Assembly: GCA_903871235.1 (NCBI GenBank)
Contig: CAIQGA010000111.1
Coordinates: forward strand, 8,662 to 72,661
Direction: 5' to 3'
DNA: 64,000 nucleotides
Origin: an uncultured Chlorobiaceae bacterium
GTDB lineage: Bacteria > Bacteroidota > Chlorobiia > Chlorobiales > Chlorobiaceae
Positions 9,003 through 18,891 of this stretch are shown in pieces. The notes beneath the pieces are model-generated. The model did not search any database. It was not told the DNA's origin and saw nothing but the letters and a program-made list of their open reading frames with translations. Positions within the stretch are counted from its first letter, which is position 1. Each line of letters starts with the position of its first letter. The position numbers and the translations under genes were made by a program.

Positions 9003-11366
9003 ATGAAAGCCCTTCAGAGAAAGCTGTTGCGCGAACTGATGCGCCTCAAGGGGCAGATGCTTGCCGTTGCGGCTGTTGTGGCTTGCGGTATTTCGGTTTT
9101 TGTCTCCATGAGCAGTGTAAAGTATTCGCTGGAGGCTTCGCGTCAGCGCTATTACAATCGCTTCCGTTTTGCGGATGTTTTTGTGCAGGTGAAGCGTGCT
9201 CCGGAGTTTTATCGTGAAGCGGTGAGCCGTATTCCGGGGGTGGCATCGGTCACGACGCGCATTACGGCTGATGTTACCCTTGATGTGCCGGGGCTTGATG
9301 AACCTGCCTCCGCCCGACTGGTCTCGATTCCTGACTACCGTATGCCGGTGCTGAATGATCTCTTTTTGAAAAAAGGGCGCTATATTGAGCCGGGAAAGCC
9401 AGAAGAGGTGATTGCGAGCAAACCCTTTCTCGAAGCGAACCACCTTGCTCCGGGTGATCGGATCAGTGCGGTGATCAATGGCCGAAAGAGGAATCTGCTG
9501 ATTGTGGGCATGGGGCTTTCGCCCGAATATATCTATGAGGTGCAGCCGGGCTCCTTTTTCCCCGACAAGCGTCGCTTCGGGGTCTTCTGGATGGGGCGCC
9601 GCTCGCTTGAGTCGGCGCTCGACATGAGCGGAGCCTTCAATGACCTTTCGCTCACGCTGGCTCACGGGGCATCTGAAAAAGATGTCATCATGCGGCTCGA
9701 CAACCTCTTCAAACGCTACGGTTCACTTGGCGCCTACGGGCGGAGCGAGCATCTTTCCGACCGCTTTATTGTTGATGAGATCAAGCAGGTCGGCATCCAG
9801 ATCACCTTTCTTCCGGTTGTCTTTCTTGCCGTGGCGGTCTTTCTGCTCAATATTGTGCTTCGCCGCATTGTGGCCACCCAGCGCGACCAGATTGCCGTGC
9901 TCAAGGCTATCGGCTACTCCAACGAGGATGTGGGGCTGCACTATCTTGGTTTTGCTCTGATTCCCACTGCTTTTGGTGCGGTTGTCGGTACACTGCTTGG
10001 TGCGTGGCTTGGCAGGGGGCTGATGAACATCTATGCAGAATTTTACAATTTTGCCGAGCTGGTCTATTTTTTCCGTTTTGAAGATGTTGCCCTCTCGGTT
10101 CTGTTGAGTTTTGCTGCGGCTATTTTTGGAGCGCTTGGTGCCGTACGCAGTGCGGTGCAGCTCCCTCCAGCCGAGGCGATGCGCCCGGACTCTCCGGTAC
10201 TCTACAAGCCGGGCATTTTTGATCGGGAGTCGTTGCGCAAAAAAATTCCGGTCTCCCTGCGCATTATTGTGCGGAACCTGGAGCGCCGTCCTTGGAAAGC
10301 TGCCCTCTCGGTGCTGATGATCTCCCTTTCCGTTGCGATTCTTATTGCGGGTCGTTATACCTACGACTCCCTTGACCGGATGGTGCAGGTGGAGTTCAAC
10401 GAGAAGCACCGTGAGGATGTTACACTGATTTTCAATAACCCAATGCCTCCTTCGGTACGCTTTACTATTGCCTCGCTTGATGGGGTGGTTGAGCATGAAT
10501 ATTATCGCGAAGAGCCGGTGAAGATGAGTTTCGGTCATCGTGTTCGTCGGCAGTCGATCAAGGGGATGGAGTCGGCAGAGGGGTTGCAGCGGTTGGTTGA
10601 TCAGTCGAACCGTCAAATCAGCCTCCCTTCTGAGGGGGTTCTGCTTACCTCAACGCTGGCAACGCTGCTTGGTGTCAAGCCGGGCGACACCTTGCAGGTT
10701 GATTTTTTGCAGGGGCGCCAGCGTCACCGGGAGCTGCTTGTCAGTGGTACCATTGATGAAATTCTCGGTCTTTCGGCTTACATGAATCTTGGATCGCTGA
10801 ACCGTCTGGCGGGGGATGGAGGAGCGTTGAACGCGGCCTATCTGCGTCTTGATCAAACCAAGGCTGCGAAGCTCTACACCACTTTCAAGGGTATGCCGGG
10901 AGTTTCGGGCATCATGATGCTCAAGGCGATGAAGCAGAGTTTTGATGAGCTGATTGCCCAGAGCATGAACACCTCGACCCTCATTCTTACTACTTTTGCC
11001 TGTATACTTGCCTTTGCGGTGGTCTACAACGGTGCCCGCATATCGCTTTCAGAGCGGGCACGCGAACTGACAAGCCTCCGGGTGCTCGGCATGACAAAGG
11101 GGGAAATTTCCTTTATTTTGCTTGGTGAACAGGCACTGCTGACGATGGCGGCCATACCGGTCGGCTTTCTGATTGGCATCACTCTCTCTGCACTGCTTGC
11201 CCATGCGCTCAGTTCTGAACTCTACCGGCTCCCTCTGGTCTTCAGCGCTTTTAACTTTCTCTTTGCTTTTGTGGTTATTGTTCTTGTCTCGCTGGTCTCC
11301 GCCGTGCTCGTCAGAAGGCGGCTTACGAGTCTTGATTTGGTCGAGGTTTTAAAAACAAGGGAATAG
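9003..11366 (+). CDS. ABC transporter permease, duplicated FtsX/MacB type
   Basis: Two repeats of TM + periplasmic domain + 3 TM; QIAVLKAIGYS and ELTSLRVLGMT motifs. Confidence 0.92.
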   Translation: MKALQRKLLRELMRLKGQMLAVAAVVACGISVFVSMSSVKYSLEASRQRYYNRFRFADVFVQVKRAPEFYREAVSRIPGVASVTTRITADVTLDVPGLDEPASARLVSIPDYRMPVLNDLFLKKGRYIEPGKPEEVIASKPFLEANHLAPGDRISAVINGRKRNLLIVGMGLSPEYIYEVQPGSFFPDKRRFGVFWMGRRSLESALDMSGAFNDLSLTLAHGASEKDVIMRLDNLFKRYGSLGAYGRSEHLSDRFIVDEIKQVGIQITFLPVVFLAVAVFLLNIVLRRIVATQRDQIAVLKAIGYSNEDVGLHYLGFALIPTAFGAVVGTLLGAWLGRGLMNIYAEFYNFAELVYFFRFEDVALSVLLSFAAAIFGALGAVRSAVQLPPAEAMRPDSPVLYKPGIFDRESLRKKIPVSLRIIVRNLERRPWKAALSVLMISLSVAILIAGRYTYDSLDRMVQVEFNEKHREDVTLIFNNPMPPSVRFTIASLDGVVEHEYYREEPVKMSFGHRVRRQSIKGMESAEGLQRLVDQSNRQISLPSEGVLLTSTLATLLGVKPGDTLQVDFLQGRQRHRELLVSGTIDEILGLSAYMNLGSLNRLAGDGGALNAAYLRLDQTKAAKLYTTFKGMPGVSGIMMLKAMKQSFDELIAQSMNTSTLILTTFACILAFAVVYNGARISLSERARELTSLRVLGMTKGEISFILLGEQALLTMAAIPVGFLIGITLSALLAHALSSELYRLPLVFSAFNFLFAFVVIVLVSLVSAVLVRRRLTSLDLVEVLKTRE

Positions 11367-11372
11367 ATCTCT

Positions 11373-12536
11373 ATGGTACTCTCAAAAACACAGCGCATTG
11401 CCGCAATCTCCGTTGCCGTGGCGGCACTGATTCTTTTTTTTGTTTTCCGCCCCTCTCCGCTTCCTGTCGATTCCGCCGTTGTCAAGCGAGGCCCGCTGCA
11501 GGTCACGCTTGAGGGGGAGGGGGTCACCCGTGTGAACGACCGTTTTGTGGTGGCCGCTCCGGTCAGCGGGCAATTGGTGAGGGTGGAGCTTGAAGAGGGT
11601 GACAGTGTGCGCAAGGGGAGTGTGGTGGCTTCGCTGCTGCCTGCCCAGCTCGACAGCCGTGAGTACCGTGAGGCTTCATCGAGGGCGGGTGCGGCCCGTG
11701 CGACCCTTGATGAGGCGATTGCCCGGCAACGGAGGGCGGCGCTTACGCTTGCACAGGCAGAACGCCGCTTCGAGCGTTATCGTAACCTTTATAGTGAGGG
11801 GGCTATTTCAAAAGAGGCTTATGAGCTCGCGGAGAGTGAGGCTCAAACGCTGCGCAAAGAAAATGAAGCCGCCCGTTCAGGGGTTGAGGCAGCCCGTTAC
11901 AATTTTGGTGCGCTTCAGGCTCTTGTTGACCAGCAGTTGTCGAAAAAACCGGTGAAGGTGCTCTCCCCGGTTGACGGACGGGTACTCCGCATTCATGAAG
12001 AGAGCGAGCGGGTTGTGGGGGCTGGTTCACCGCTGGTCGATATCGGCGACCCTTCGGCCATTGAAATTGTGATTGACCTGCTCTCTTCAGATGCTATCAG
12101 GGTAAAGCCGGGAAACCGGGTGGTGATTATGGACTGGGGCGGTGAGAGGGAGCTGCAGGGGGTAGTGAAAACGGTCGGGCCCGCCGCTTTTACCAAAACG
12201 TCGGCACTTGGCATAGAGGAGAAACGGGTGAACATTTTAGCGACACTCAGCAAAGATGAACGGCTGCTTGGCGATAACTTCCGTGTCCAGGCAAGCATTG
12301 TGTTGCGTGAGGCGGCCAATGTGCTCCAGGTTCCGGTCAGCAGTCTTTTCAGGGGCAAAGAGGGGTGGCATCTCTTTGTCATTGAGGATGGTCGTGCCGT
12401 GGACAGGGTGGTGAGTGTCGGGATGCGGGGAACCATTCAGGCGCAGGTGCTCGCCGGGGTGAGGGATGGTCAGCGGGTGGTGGTGCATCCCACCAATGAT
12501 CTCAAGGATGGCATGAGGGTGGTGGCGCAGGAGTGA
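11373..12536 (+). CDS. Efflux membrane-fusion (HlyD/MacA-like) protein
   Basis: N-terminal anchor, VAAPVSG and VLSPVDGRV lipoyl half-motifs, coiled-coil hairpin. Confidence 0.92.
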   Translation: MVLSKTQRIAAISVAVAALILFFVFRPSPLPVDSAVVKRGPLQVTLEGEGVTRVNDRFVVAAPVSGQLVRVELEEGDSVRKGSVVASLLPAQLDSREYREASSRAGAARATLDEAIARQRRAALTLAQAERRFERYRNLYSEGAISKEAYELAESEAQTLRKENEAARSGVEAARYNFGALQALVDQQLSKKPVKVLSPVDGRVLRIHEESERVVGAGSPLVDIGDPSAIEIVIDLLSSDAIRVKPGNRVVIMDWGGERELQGVVKTVGPAAFTKTSALGIEEKRVNILATLSKDERLLGDNFRVQASIVLREAANVLQVPVSSLFRGKEGWHLFVIEDGRAVDRVVSVGMRGTIQAQVLAGVRDGQRVVVHPTNDLKDGMRVVAQE

Positions 12537-12541
12537 GCTTT

Positions 12542-12657
12542 CAAGTTGTGGTAGGTGCCGGGTAATCGGCCCCCCCCCGCAACTTGTAACCACCCCGTCA
12601 GGCTTCGCCTGCTACCCCTCCGAGGGAGGAGAATTTTGTGGGAGGCATCCCCGCAAA
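12542..12657. repeat. Cluster of intergenic stem-loops (REP-like)
   Basis: caagttgtgg/ccgcaacttg, caggc-ttc-gcctg, cctcc-gag-ggagg, tttgtggg/cccgcaaa. Confidence 0.45.
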
Positions 12658-12716
12658 TGGAGTGAACAGGAAAAAGAGAGCTTGTAGTTTTCCCTGCACG
12701 GAGTAACTTTACCCCC

Positions 12717-14069
12717 ATGAGCAACATTGAAACAACAGCCGAGGGAGCGGGCCAGCTCCATTCCACAATTCTTGTTATTGGCGGTGGCGCGGCGGGGATG
12801 GCTGCGGCCATTGCTGCGCGTCGAAGTGCAAAGGGTTCCGGCCAGCCCTGTTCCATAAACATCATCGAGCGGAATGCGCGCCCTGGAGCGAAAATCAGGA
12901 TATCGGGGGGCGGCAAATGCAATGTGACCCACCAGGGCACCCCGGCGGAGCTGCTTGAGCAGGGCTTTTTGCGGCGCAATGAAGCACGTTTTTTGCGTCA
13001 CGCCTTGTACAGCTTTTCAAACAGCGACCTTCTTGAACTCTTGCGTTCTCGGGGTGTTGAAACTGAGGAACGTCCTGATGGAAAGGTTTTTCCTGTAAGC
13101 GGAGATGCTGCGACGGTGGCCCGTGCCTTTGAAGAGCTGCTGCGGGATTCGAAGGTACAGCCGCATTACTCCAGCCGGGTTCGGAGTGTCGAGCGCCGGG
13201 GAGAACTCTTTGTGGTGACCACTGCCGACAAGGTGTTCACGGCTGATTCTCTTATTCTGGCAACGGGCGGAGTCTCCTACTCAAAAACCGGCACAACGGG
13301 TGATGGCCTTGCCATTGCCCGCTCGCTTGGCCACACCATCACAAAGCCATCGGCAGCCCTTGCTCCACTCTTCACCATTAAGCCCCCCCCGGCCTCACTT
13401 TCAGGTCTTGCGCTCCGTGGAGTCAGCCTTGTTGCCATTGCTGGAGGAAAGAGTGTTGAGCGGCGCGGCGACCTGCTTTTTACGCATCGTGGCTTTAGTG
13501 GCCCGGTAGCACTTTCGCTTTCGCGTGACGTTGCGGAGCTGATGGGTGAATCGGGCACTTGCGCTCTCTTTGCCGATCTTTTTCCGGAACAAAGCAGCGC
13601 TGAGCTTGAGGCGGAGCTGTTGAAACAGGCGCGCAAGAGTGGTACACAGATGGTTCGCAAGTTTTTGCAGGTATGCCCGATAGCTCCTCAGAAAGGTTTC
13701 TTTGGAGCCGCCCCGCATGGCACGATTCCCACAGCTCTTGTCCCTTTTCTCATGCGTCATGCGGCTCTCGACAGTGAGGTCACCTGGAGCGGACTCGCGA
13801 AAGAGAAGCGGCAGTCGCTGCTTTCGGGGCTCAAGCGATTTCCGCTTGGCAGCGTGCGCGATGTGCCGCTTGACCAGGGAGAAATTTCTGCCGGGGGAGT
13901 ATCGCTTTCGGAGGTAAACCCCAAAACCTTCTGCTCAAGGGTTGTGCCAAATCTTTTTCTCTGCGGCGAGATCCTCGATTACGCTGGAGAGATTGGCGGC
14001 TTCAACCTGCAGGCAGCATTCTCCACCGGCTGGGTTGCGGGTGGGAATGCGGCGAAAAGTTGTCAGTAA
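12717..14069 (+). CDS. HI0933/YhiN-family NAD(P)/FAD-dependent flavoprotein
   Basis: IGGGAAGMAAA, KIRISGGGKCNVT, ILATGG.SY..TGTTGDG, LFTHRGFSGP, GEILDYAGEIGGFNLQAAFSTG. Confidence 0.93.
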   Translation: MSNIETTAEGAGQLHSTILVIGGGAAGMAAAIAARRSAKGSGQPCSINIIERNARPGAKIRISGGGKCNVTHQGTPAELLEQGFLRRNEARFLRHALYSFSNSDLLELLRSRGVETEERPDGKVFPVSGDAATVARAFEELLRDSKVQPHYSSRVRSVERRGELFVVTTADKVFTADSLILATGGVSYSKTGTTGDGLAIARSLGHTITKPSAALAPLFTIKPPPASLSGLALRGVSLVAIAGGKSVERRGDLLFTHRGFSGPVALSLSRDVAELMGESGTCALFADLFPEQSSAELEAELLKQARKSGTQMVRKFLQVCPIAPQKGFFGAAPHGTIPTALVPFLMRHAALDSEVTWSGLAKEKRQSLLSGLKRFPLGSVRDVPLDQGEISAGGVSLSEVNPKTFCSRVVPNLFLCGEILDYAGEIGGFNLQAAFSTGWVAGGNAAKSCQ

Positions 14070-14139
14070 TCAGTAATCAGTAATCAGTAATCAGTAATCA
14101 GTAATCAGTGGTCAGTGGTCAGTGGTCAGTGGTTAGTGA
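14063..14139. repeat. Heptamer tandem array (TCAGTAA)x6 (TCAGTGG)x4 + TTAGTGA
   Basis: Read directly. The first unit contains the stop codon of the flavoprotein gene. Confidence 0.95.
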
Positions 14140-14144
14140 AAGGG

Positions 14145-15080
14145 TTATTCTGAGCAGGAGTAGATGGGCTCTTTGGTTAGGGCGTCCATCATTCGTACTT
14201 CAAAACGGTACTCCTTGATGTTGAAGGAGAGGGCAGGATTGTCGTGAAAGATGACCTGGCTCTTTTCGAAGCGTACCTTCATGGGGATGCTCACTTTGCG
14301 TTCATCACCACAGACGTTGTTTTTTACTCCGGGATGGAAGAGTTTTCCCTCTTCCCCTGAAGCTGAAACATGGATGGCATGGTCAACGGTGCTGAGCGCC
14401 TCTATAGAGCCATCCTGGGCAAGCTGGACCGAGTTGACGTCGCCGTGAATGCCGTTCGGCTCGTTGTCGTAGGAGGTAATCATTCCGATTGGGGTGAGTA
14501 TCTCCATTTTTTTGAGTGGCTCAAAGGAGCGGATTGCCCCCGACTCATAAAAGGCCAACCCTTTTCTCACCGTCACCTCTCCCATTGGCGTTTCAATCGT
14601 CAGGGTCTGGCCCGGCCAGAGGGTGATGCTTTTCAGCGCACCGCTTTCGTAAAACTGCAAGCCGATTACTTTGGTTGCAAGGCTCCCCAGCGGTGAACGG
14701 AAGGTGAGTGTTGAGGCAAGGGCGAACTCATTCTTCCACGACCAGAAGCCGCTCAGTTTACCGTCAAGTGGAAAGATCCGTTTGATGCTCCCATTTTTAT
14801 GAAAGGTCACCAGCTCCGCCGGAATGGTACCGACCGGTGTTTCAAGCATGGTTTGCGATTGCAGGGCAATTGATTTCAGTGCACCATCCTTGTAGAAGTA
14901 CATTGGTTTGACCGCACGCCGACCCATGTCCTCCGCTTCATATTGTGGCACCAGCGTGCCGTAGGGGGTCATCAGTGTGTTGGCTTCGGTGACAAGGCAG
15001 CCATCCGTTTTGCCGTTTGAATAGAGGGTGCGAAACTCGACACCCGACATGTCGCCGTAGATGGTGCTGGCACTGCTCAT
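14145..15080 (-). CDS. Hypothetical protein with internal MORN-variant-like repeats
   Basis: Repeated FYKDGALKSIAL..QT..ETPVG / FYESGALKSITL..QT..IETPMG and FHKNGSIKRIFP / FYESGAIRSFEP. Start placed at the ATG at 15080. Confidence 0.75.
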   Translation of the reverse strand: MSSASTIYGDMSGVEFRTLYSNGKTDGCLVTEANTLMTPYGTLVPQYEAEDMGRRAVKPMYFYKDGALKSIALQSQTMLETPVGTIPAELVTFHKNGSIKRIFPLDGKLSGFWSWKNEFALASTLTFRSPLGSLATKVIGLQFYESGALKSITLWPGQTLTIETPMGEVTVRKGLAFYESGAIRSFEPLKKMEILTPIGMITSYDNEPNGIHGDVNSVQLAQDGSIEALSTVDHAIHVSASGEEGKLFHPGVKNNVCGDERKVSIPMKVRFEKSQVIFHDNPALSFNIKEYRFEVRMMDALTKEPIYSCSE

Positions 15081-15135
15081 GTTTCTCCGGTTGTGTTGTT
15101 TTTTGACTCTTTTCACGTTCCTGTTGTATGTTATT

Positions 15136-15151
15136 TGCAAGTATCGTGCCA
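15136..15151 (-). promoter_or_regulatory. Sigma54 (RpoN) -24/-12 promoter
   Basis: Minus strand reads TGGCAC-GATAC-TTGCA, an exact match to TGGCAC-N5-TTGCA, about 55 nt upstream of the ATG at 15080. Confidence 0.8.
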
Positions 15152-15416
15152 AAGAATGACTGTATAGCACAAGAGACAATTCTAAAAGAGTTTGGCTTGT
15201 TATTTTTTAGCTGAGAAGGCTGGAAAGAGTTACAAAAAGGTGGGAATCACCGGGTGAGCTGCATTATGGTAGGAAATAAGGGTAAGGAGAACCACTGCTG
15301 TCGCTTTTTTTTGGTATGGTGACAGGGTCAGTTCCCTCAACCCTTCAGAAAGTTTCAGGGAGTGGCAGAGTGTGCAGCAACGCTGGAAGGCGCCATACCG
15401 TTTTTAGAGAGAAGGC

Positions 15417-15941
15417 TTATTGATAGGCTACAGTCACCTGAAAGCTGCCTGCGTAACTTCCTAATTGCTGGTTAGCACCGACATCAAGCTTCCCGCCTAT
15501 ATTGAATGTGGCCAGCCCATCACTTCCCAGCTTTGCTGAGCCGGAGGGGGGATAGACGGTAAAACTGTGCACCTTCATGGTGTTGCTGCCGTTTGAGATA
15601 TTGACGGCATCGTTGTCGGGCAAGGTAACTGTATAGACGGCATTGGCTGCACCGGAAATATTGAATGATGCTGCTCCCGATTTTGAGGACACAAGCGCTA
15701 CATCTCCTTCATGCGTGCGTTTGGAGTCTGATGGGGCAATGGTCACCGTACCCGATGACTCACCTGGAATAATGACACCAAAAGCAAGATCACCCAAAGT
15801 ACTGGTTTCGGTGTTTTTTGAAGCAGAGATTGCGGTCATTATGGTTGCCGTGGCGCTGCCCTCGGCACCGGCTGCCTTTGCTTCATTTCCAGAAGAGAGC
15901 AATGCCAAAAGGCAGAAGAGAACTATAACTTTGTTTTTCAT
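15417..15941 (-). CDS. DUF4402-type pilin-like secreted protein (distal copy)
   Basis: Signal peptide ending AKA; GSATATIMTAI, LAFGVIIPG, C-terminal FNIGGKLDVGANQQLGSYAGSFQVTVAYQ. Confidence 0.8.
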   Translation of the reverse strand: MKNKVIVLFCLLALLSSGNEAKAAGAEGSATATIMTAISASKNTETSTLGDLAFGVIIPGESSGTVTIAPSDSKRTHEGDVALVSSKSGAASFNISGAANAVYTVTLPDNDAVNISNGSNTMKVHSFTVYPPSGSAKLGSDGLATFNIGGKLDVGANQQLGSYAGSFQVTVAYQ

Positions 15942-16107
15942 GGGTAACCTCCCCCATTTTGACGTCTATGATTCAGAGACTCTCTGAATGGATGGCAATA
16001 CGCTGTAATTACTTTTTAATCAAATAAATAGACTCAAATCAACCTCTCACAAAATTTATCAAAAGATAAAGCATTAAACAAATTCGAATATGAAAATAAT
16101 TATGGCT

Positions 16108-18891
16108 TCAAGGCTGACGCGGTTTTTCTTTGCCGGATTCTACGGGAGCGCTTTCGCTGGATTCAGCCGGGGCATCACCAGTCGGCTCAGCGGGAAGCTC
16201 TTCAAGCACCAGATTGACATTGTCGACATAATCGCCCTCCGGCGGAATGGTTACCTGCTGTACTGGTGAGTTGGTGCCCAGTTTTGTCACCTGATCGGGC
16301 GAGATGCGCACAATGTACTTGCCGGTTGGCAGCGCACCGAGAATGTAGACACCGTCATATTCCGACCGAGCATGCCCGATCACCTTATCCTCCATGTTGA
16401 TGGCTTCTATGCTGATACCTGAGGCGGGTCTGTCAACACCCTCTTTTTTTCTGTAGACTGTACCGCTTATTTCACCCGTTACCCATACCGGAAATTTTAC
16501 CTGCACAGCATAGCCTGGTCGGGGCACCACTCGGACTCCCTTGTCGGCAGGCACCCAGAGCAGCTCTTTCAGTGTTCCCGGCGAGAGAGCGATATCGGCA
16601 GGAGTGTTTGGTGCAATCCCCTGAAGAAAGGCAATGCCGTTTGAGCTGGTTACGGTTCGGTGGTTTTGCTGGTTGACAAAAAAACCAGCATCCTTGATGG
16701 TGCTCTCATCCTGATCAAACTTCCGGTTGCGGTTGCTGTCGAGATAGGCAAGGGCGGAAATGGCAGCCTGTTGACTGCTCATACTACCGTCGGTTTTCCA
16801 TTGACCGCCTTTTGAATCGTGGCTGATATTGGTCGAAAGCTGTATGCCCACACTCCATGCTCCACTGGCCGAATAGTTGCCCGTAACCCCCATTGCGACA
16901 GAACTGAAGGTATGGTTGAGCCCCATCGAGGCAGTTATTGCCTTGCTCAGGGGAGTGTAGGCAACGGTGTTGACCAGTAGCCACTCATGCGGCAGGCGGA
17001 GCTCACAGGAGGTTCCAACGGTGTTGATCACCCTCACCGGACGAAGTTGGTAGTCAACCTCTGCTCTGAAGGCGATGCTCCTGTGCGTCATGCTTGCGTA
17101 AGAGCTGCCCGAAACGGCATTACTTCGTGTGTCACCCTCCTCAGTTTGTTCAACGCTAAGCGTATGGCGGTGATCGATCCCCCATGTCCGCTGACTGCTT
17201 GTTATGATGGCACTTTTTGATTTTCGAAGCTCGTCATACTCGGTCTGTGCCAACGACATGGAAAAGCGCGAATTGGTTAAAAAGAAGAGGGGATTCAGAC
17301 CATCAATGCGTACATCCCACTTTCTCAGATAAGAAATGGTGCTGGTGGTTGTATGCCAATCCTTATCATAGTCTTGCAGTGTTGCGGAGAGGCTGATCGG
17401 CCCCAGGCGCGTCTGGGCGCCTGCCTGCCGGGCCCACTGACTGGTGGCCAGATTACGGGCCATCTGCAGGTCAAGTTGTATCATTCTGAGGTAGCCGCTG
17501 AAACCTGCCCCGGCAAAGTTTTGCCGCTGGCCGCCGATGAGGGCTGATGTGAAATAGTTGGTCGAAGTGAGCAACTTGCTGACGCCGAACGTGCTTTTCC
17601 ATGTGACGAGAGGTGCTGGGTCACCGACTGGTGTGGCAAGCAGTGAGCGCCGGGATGCATCGGATGCTGTGATTTGATAGTTGAAGCTTCCCGGCTCAAT
17701 CATGTTGCGCCCGACATTGTAGATATGACTCTCAACCCGTTTTTCACCCTGGGGGCCGTGAAAAATCAGACGCAGTTCATTCAGGCCATAGACGAGCGGA
17801 ATATCGACAAATGCATAGTTCTCCTCCGGATTTGAAGGGCGGTAATCGAGCAGGTCAGCGTTACTGTAGAGCTCCACATCCCACCCTTTGGCTAAAAAAC
17901 CGTTCAGTGTGAGCTTATCGAAATATGAGGATTGATTGAGCGGGTAGTTGCTGACCATGAACCCCGCCCCCACACTGTTTCCAATCAGTGGCAGCGTTTC
18001 GGGCTGGATATCTCCGATGGCAACCTTGCGGGCATTGAGCTTCCATAACATTCCGCCCGAAGGATGTTCCCGCTCAAGGAGAACCGAGCCGTTCGTAATG
18101 CCGATAATCGATTTCCCGGCAGCCGCAATCTGGCCTGAAAGATCAAGCCGACCGCTCATCCAGAGAAAATCGCCCGTCAGGCGGGTGTAATAACTGCTGT
18201 TTCCGGGAGTTATTTTTCCAAAACCCTTTCCGTTCAATGAAGAGGAGAGGGAGAGGTCGATACTTGGGCCGGCAAGGAGACGGTAAGGAGTGTCGAGCAA
18301 CGGGTAGCCGGAATCCCGGTAATTACCGTAACCCCAGGTATTTGCTCCGCGCTGGCTGCGCGCCATCCGCTCCTGGATGGGGAGCGGCACAAAGGGACGG
18401 ATATCGATTGCGGCATCAAAGCTGTTGGCATCAATGCGCATGGCAAGCCACTCCGCAAGCAGTTTGCTTTCAACATAGATATCGTCCGGCATGGCAACTA
18501 CCAGTGCCGGATCATAACGGTATGATTTACCGGAGACGGTAACGGAGGAGGTAGCCATATTGAGGCTGAATGGTTGTGACGGGGTGGCCACATGGCCTGA
18601 TCCGCTCCCTTTGGCGGGGTCAACCGTAATGCCGAGCTCAAGCGTGCGGCTCAGCTCGCCAAGGGGCAGAAAGAGTCCCGGAGGGGCCGTATAGGTAACG
18701 AGATTGCCATCAAGGGTCGCTCCGCCAAGCCGAACGACGCAAAGCAGCATAAAGTCATCACTGAGGGCGGTCGGTTCCACCGGATTTTTGCTCTCTTCAC
18801 CATGCAGAAGCCTTGTTACGGAGACGTTTACAAGGCAGAGCCAGAAGAGGACACGGAGCAAGCGCTGTAAAAATCTGAAAAAATTATGCAA
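16108..18891 (-). CDS. Usher-like outer-membrane protein with C-terminal Ig/carboxypeptidase-regulatory-like domains
   Basis: Signal peptide; N-terminal LFLPLGELSRTLELGI; GWDVELY..ADLLDY..Y.FVDIPLVYGLNELRLIFHGPQGE; long amphipathic beta-strand region; C-terminal AYLDSNRNRKFDQDE and ARSEYDGVYILGALPTGKY. Lies between chaperone and pilin genes. Confidence 0.72.
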   Translation of the reverse strand: MHNFFRFLQRLLRVLFWLCLVNVSVTRLLHGEESKNPVEPTALSDDFMLLCVVRLGGATLDGNLVTYTAPPGLFLPLGELSRTLELGITVDPAKGSGSGHVATPSQPFSLNMATSSVTVSGKSYRYDPALVVAMPDDIYVESKLLAEWLAMRIDANSFDAAIDIRPFVPLPIQERMARSQRGANTWGYGNYRDSGYPLLDTPYRLLAGPSIDLSLSSSLNGKGFGKITPGNSSYYTRLTGDFLWMSGRLDLSGQIAAAGKSIIGITNGSVLLEREHPSGGMLWKLNARKVAIGDIQPETLPLIGNSVGAGFMVSNYPLNQSSYFDKLTLNGFLAKGWDVELYSNADLLDYRPSNPEENYAFVDIPLVYGLNELRLIFHGPQGEKRVESHIYNVGRNMIEPGSFNYQITASDASRRSLLATPVGDPAPLVTWKSTFGVSKLLTSTNYFTSALIGGQRQNFAGAGFSGYLRMIQLDLQMARNLATSQWARQAGAQTRLGPISLSATLQDYDKDWHTTTSTISYLRKWDVRIDGLNPLFFLTNSRFSMSLAQTEYDELRKSKSAIITSSQRTWGIDHRHTLSVEQTEEGDTRSNAVSGSSYASMTHRSIAFRAEVDYQLRPVRVINTVGTSCELRLPHEWLLVNTVAYTPLSKAITASMGLNHTFSSVAMGVTGNYSASGAWSVGIQLSTNISHDSKGGQWKTDGSMSSQQAAISALAYLDSNRNRKFDQDESTIKDAGFFVNQQNHRTVTSSNGIAFLQGIAPNTPADIALSPGTLKELLWVPADKGVRVVPRPGYAVQVKFPVWVTGEISGTVYRKKEGVDRPASGISIEAINMEDKVIGHARSEYDGVYILGALPTGKYIVRISPDQVTKLGTNSPVQQVTIPPEGDYVDNVNLVLEELPAEPTGDAPAESSESAPVESGKEKPRQP

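Noticed and set aside
8805-10616. 286-aa and 297-aa minus-strand ORFs
   Set aside because: Antisense shadows of the ABC transporter genes.
12553-12590. ccccgcaacttgtaa resembling the cobalamin riboswitch B12 box
   Set aside because: Other conserved elements are absent, and the downstream gene is unrelated to cobalamin.
14063-14139. Heptamer array as a CRISPR
   Set aside because: 7-nt units with no spacers and no cas genes.
15160-15320. NifA upstream activator site for the sigma54 promoter
   Set aside because: No TGT-N10-ACA with correct spacing; the nearest is TGT-N12-ACA, too close to the promoter.
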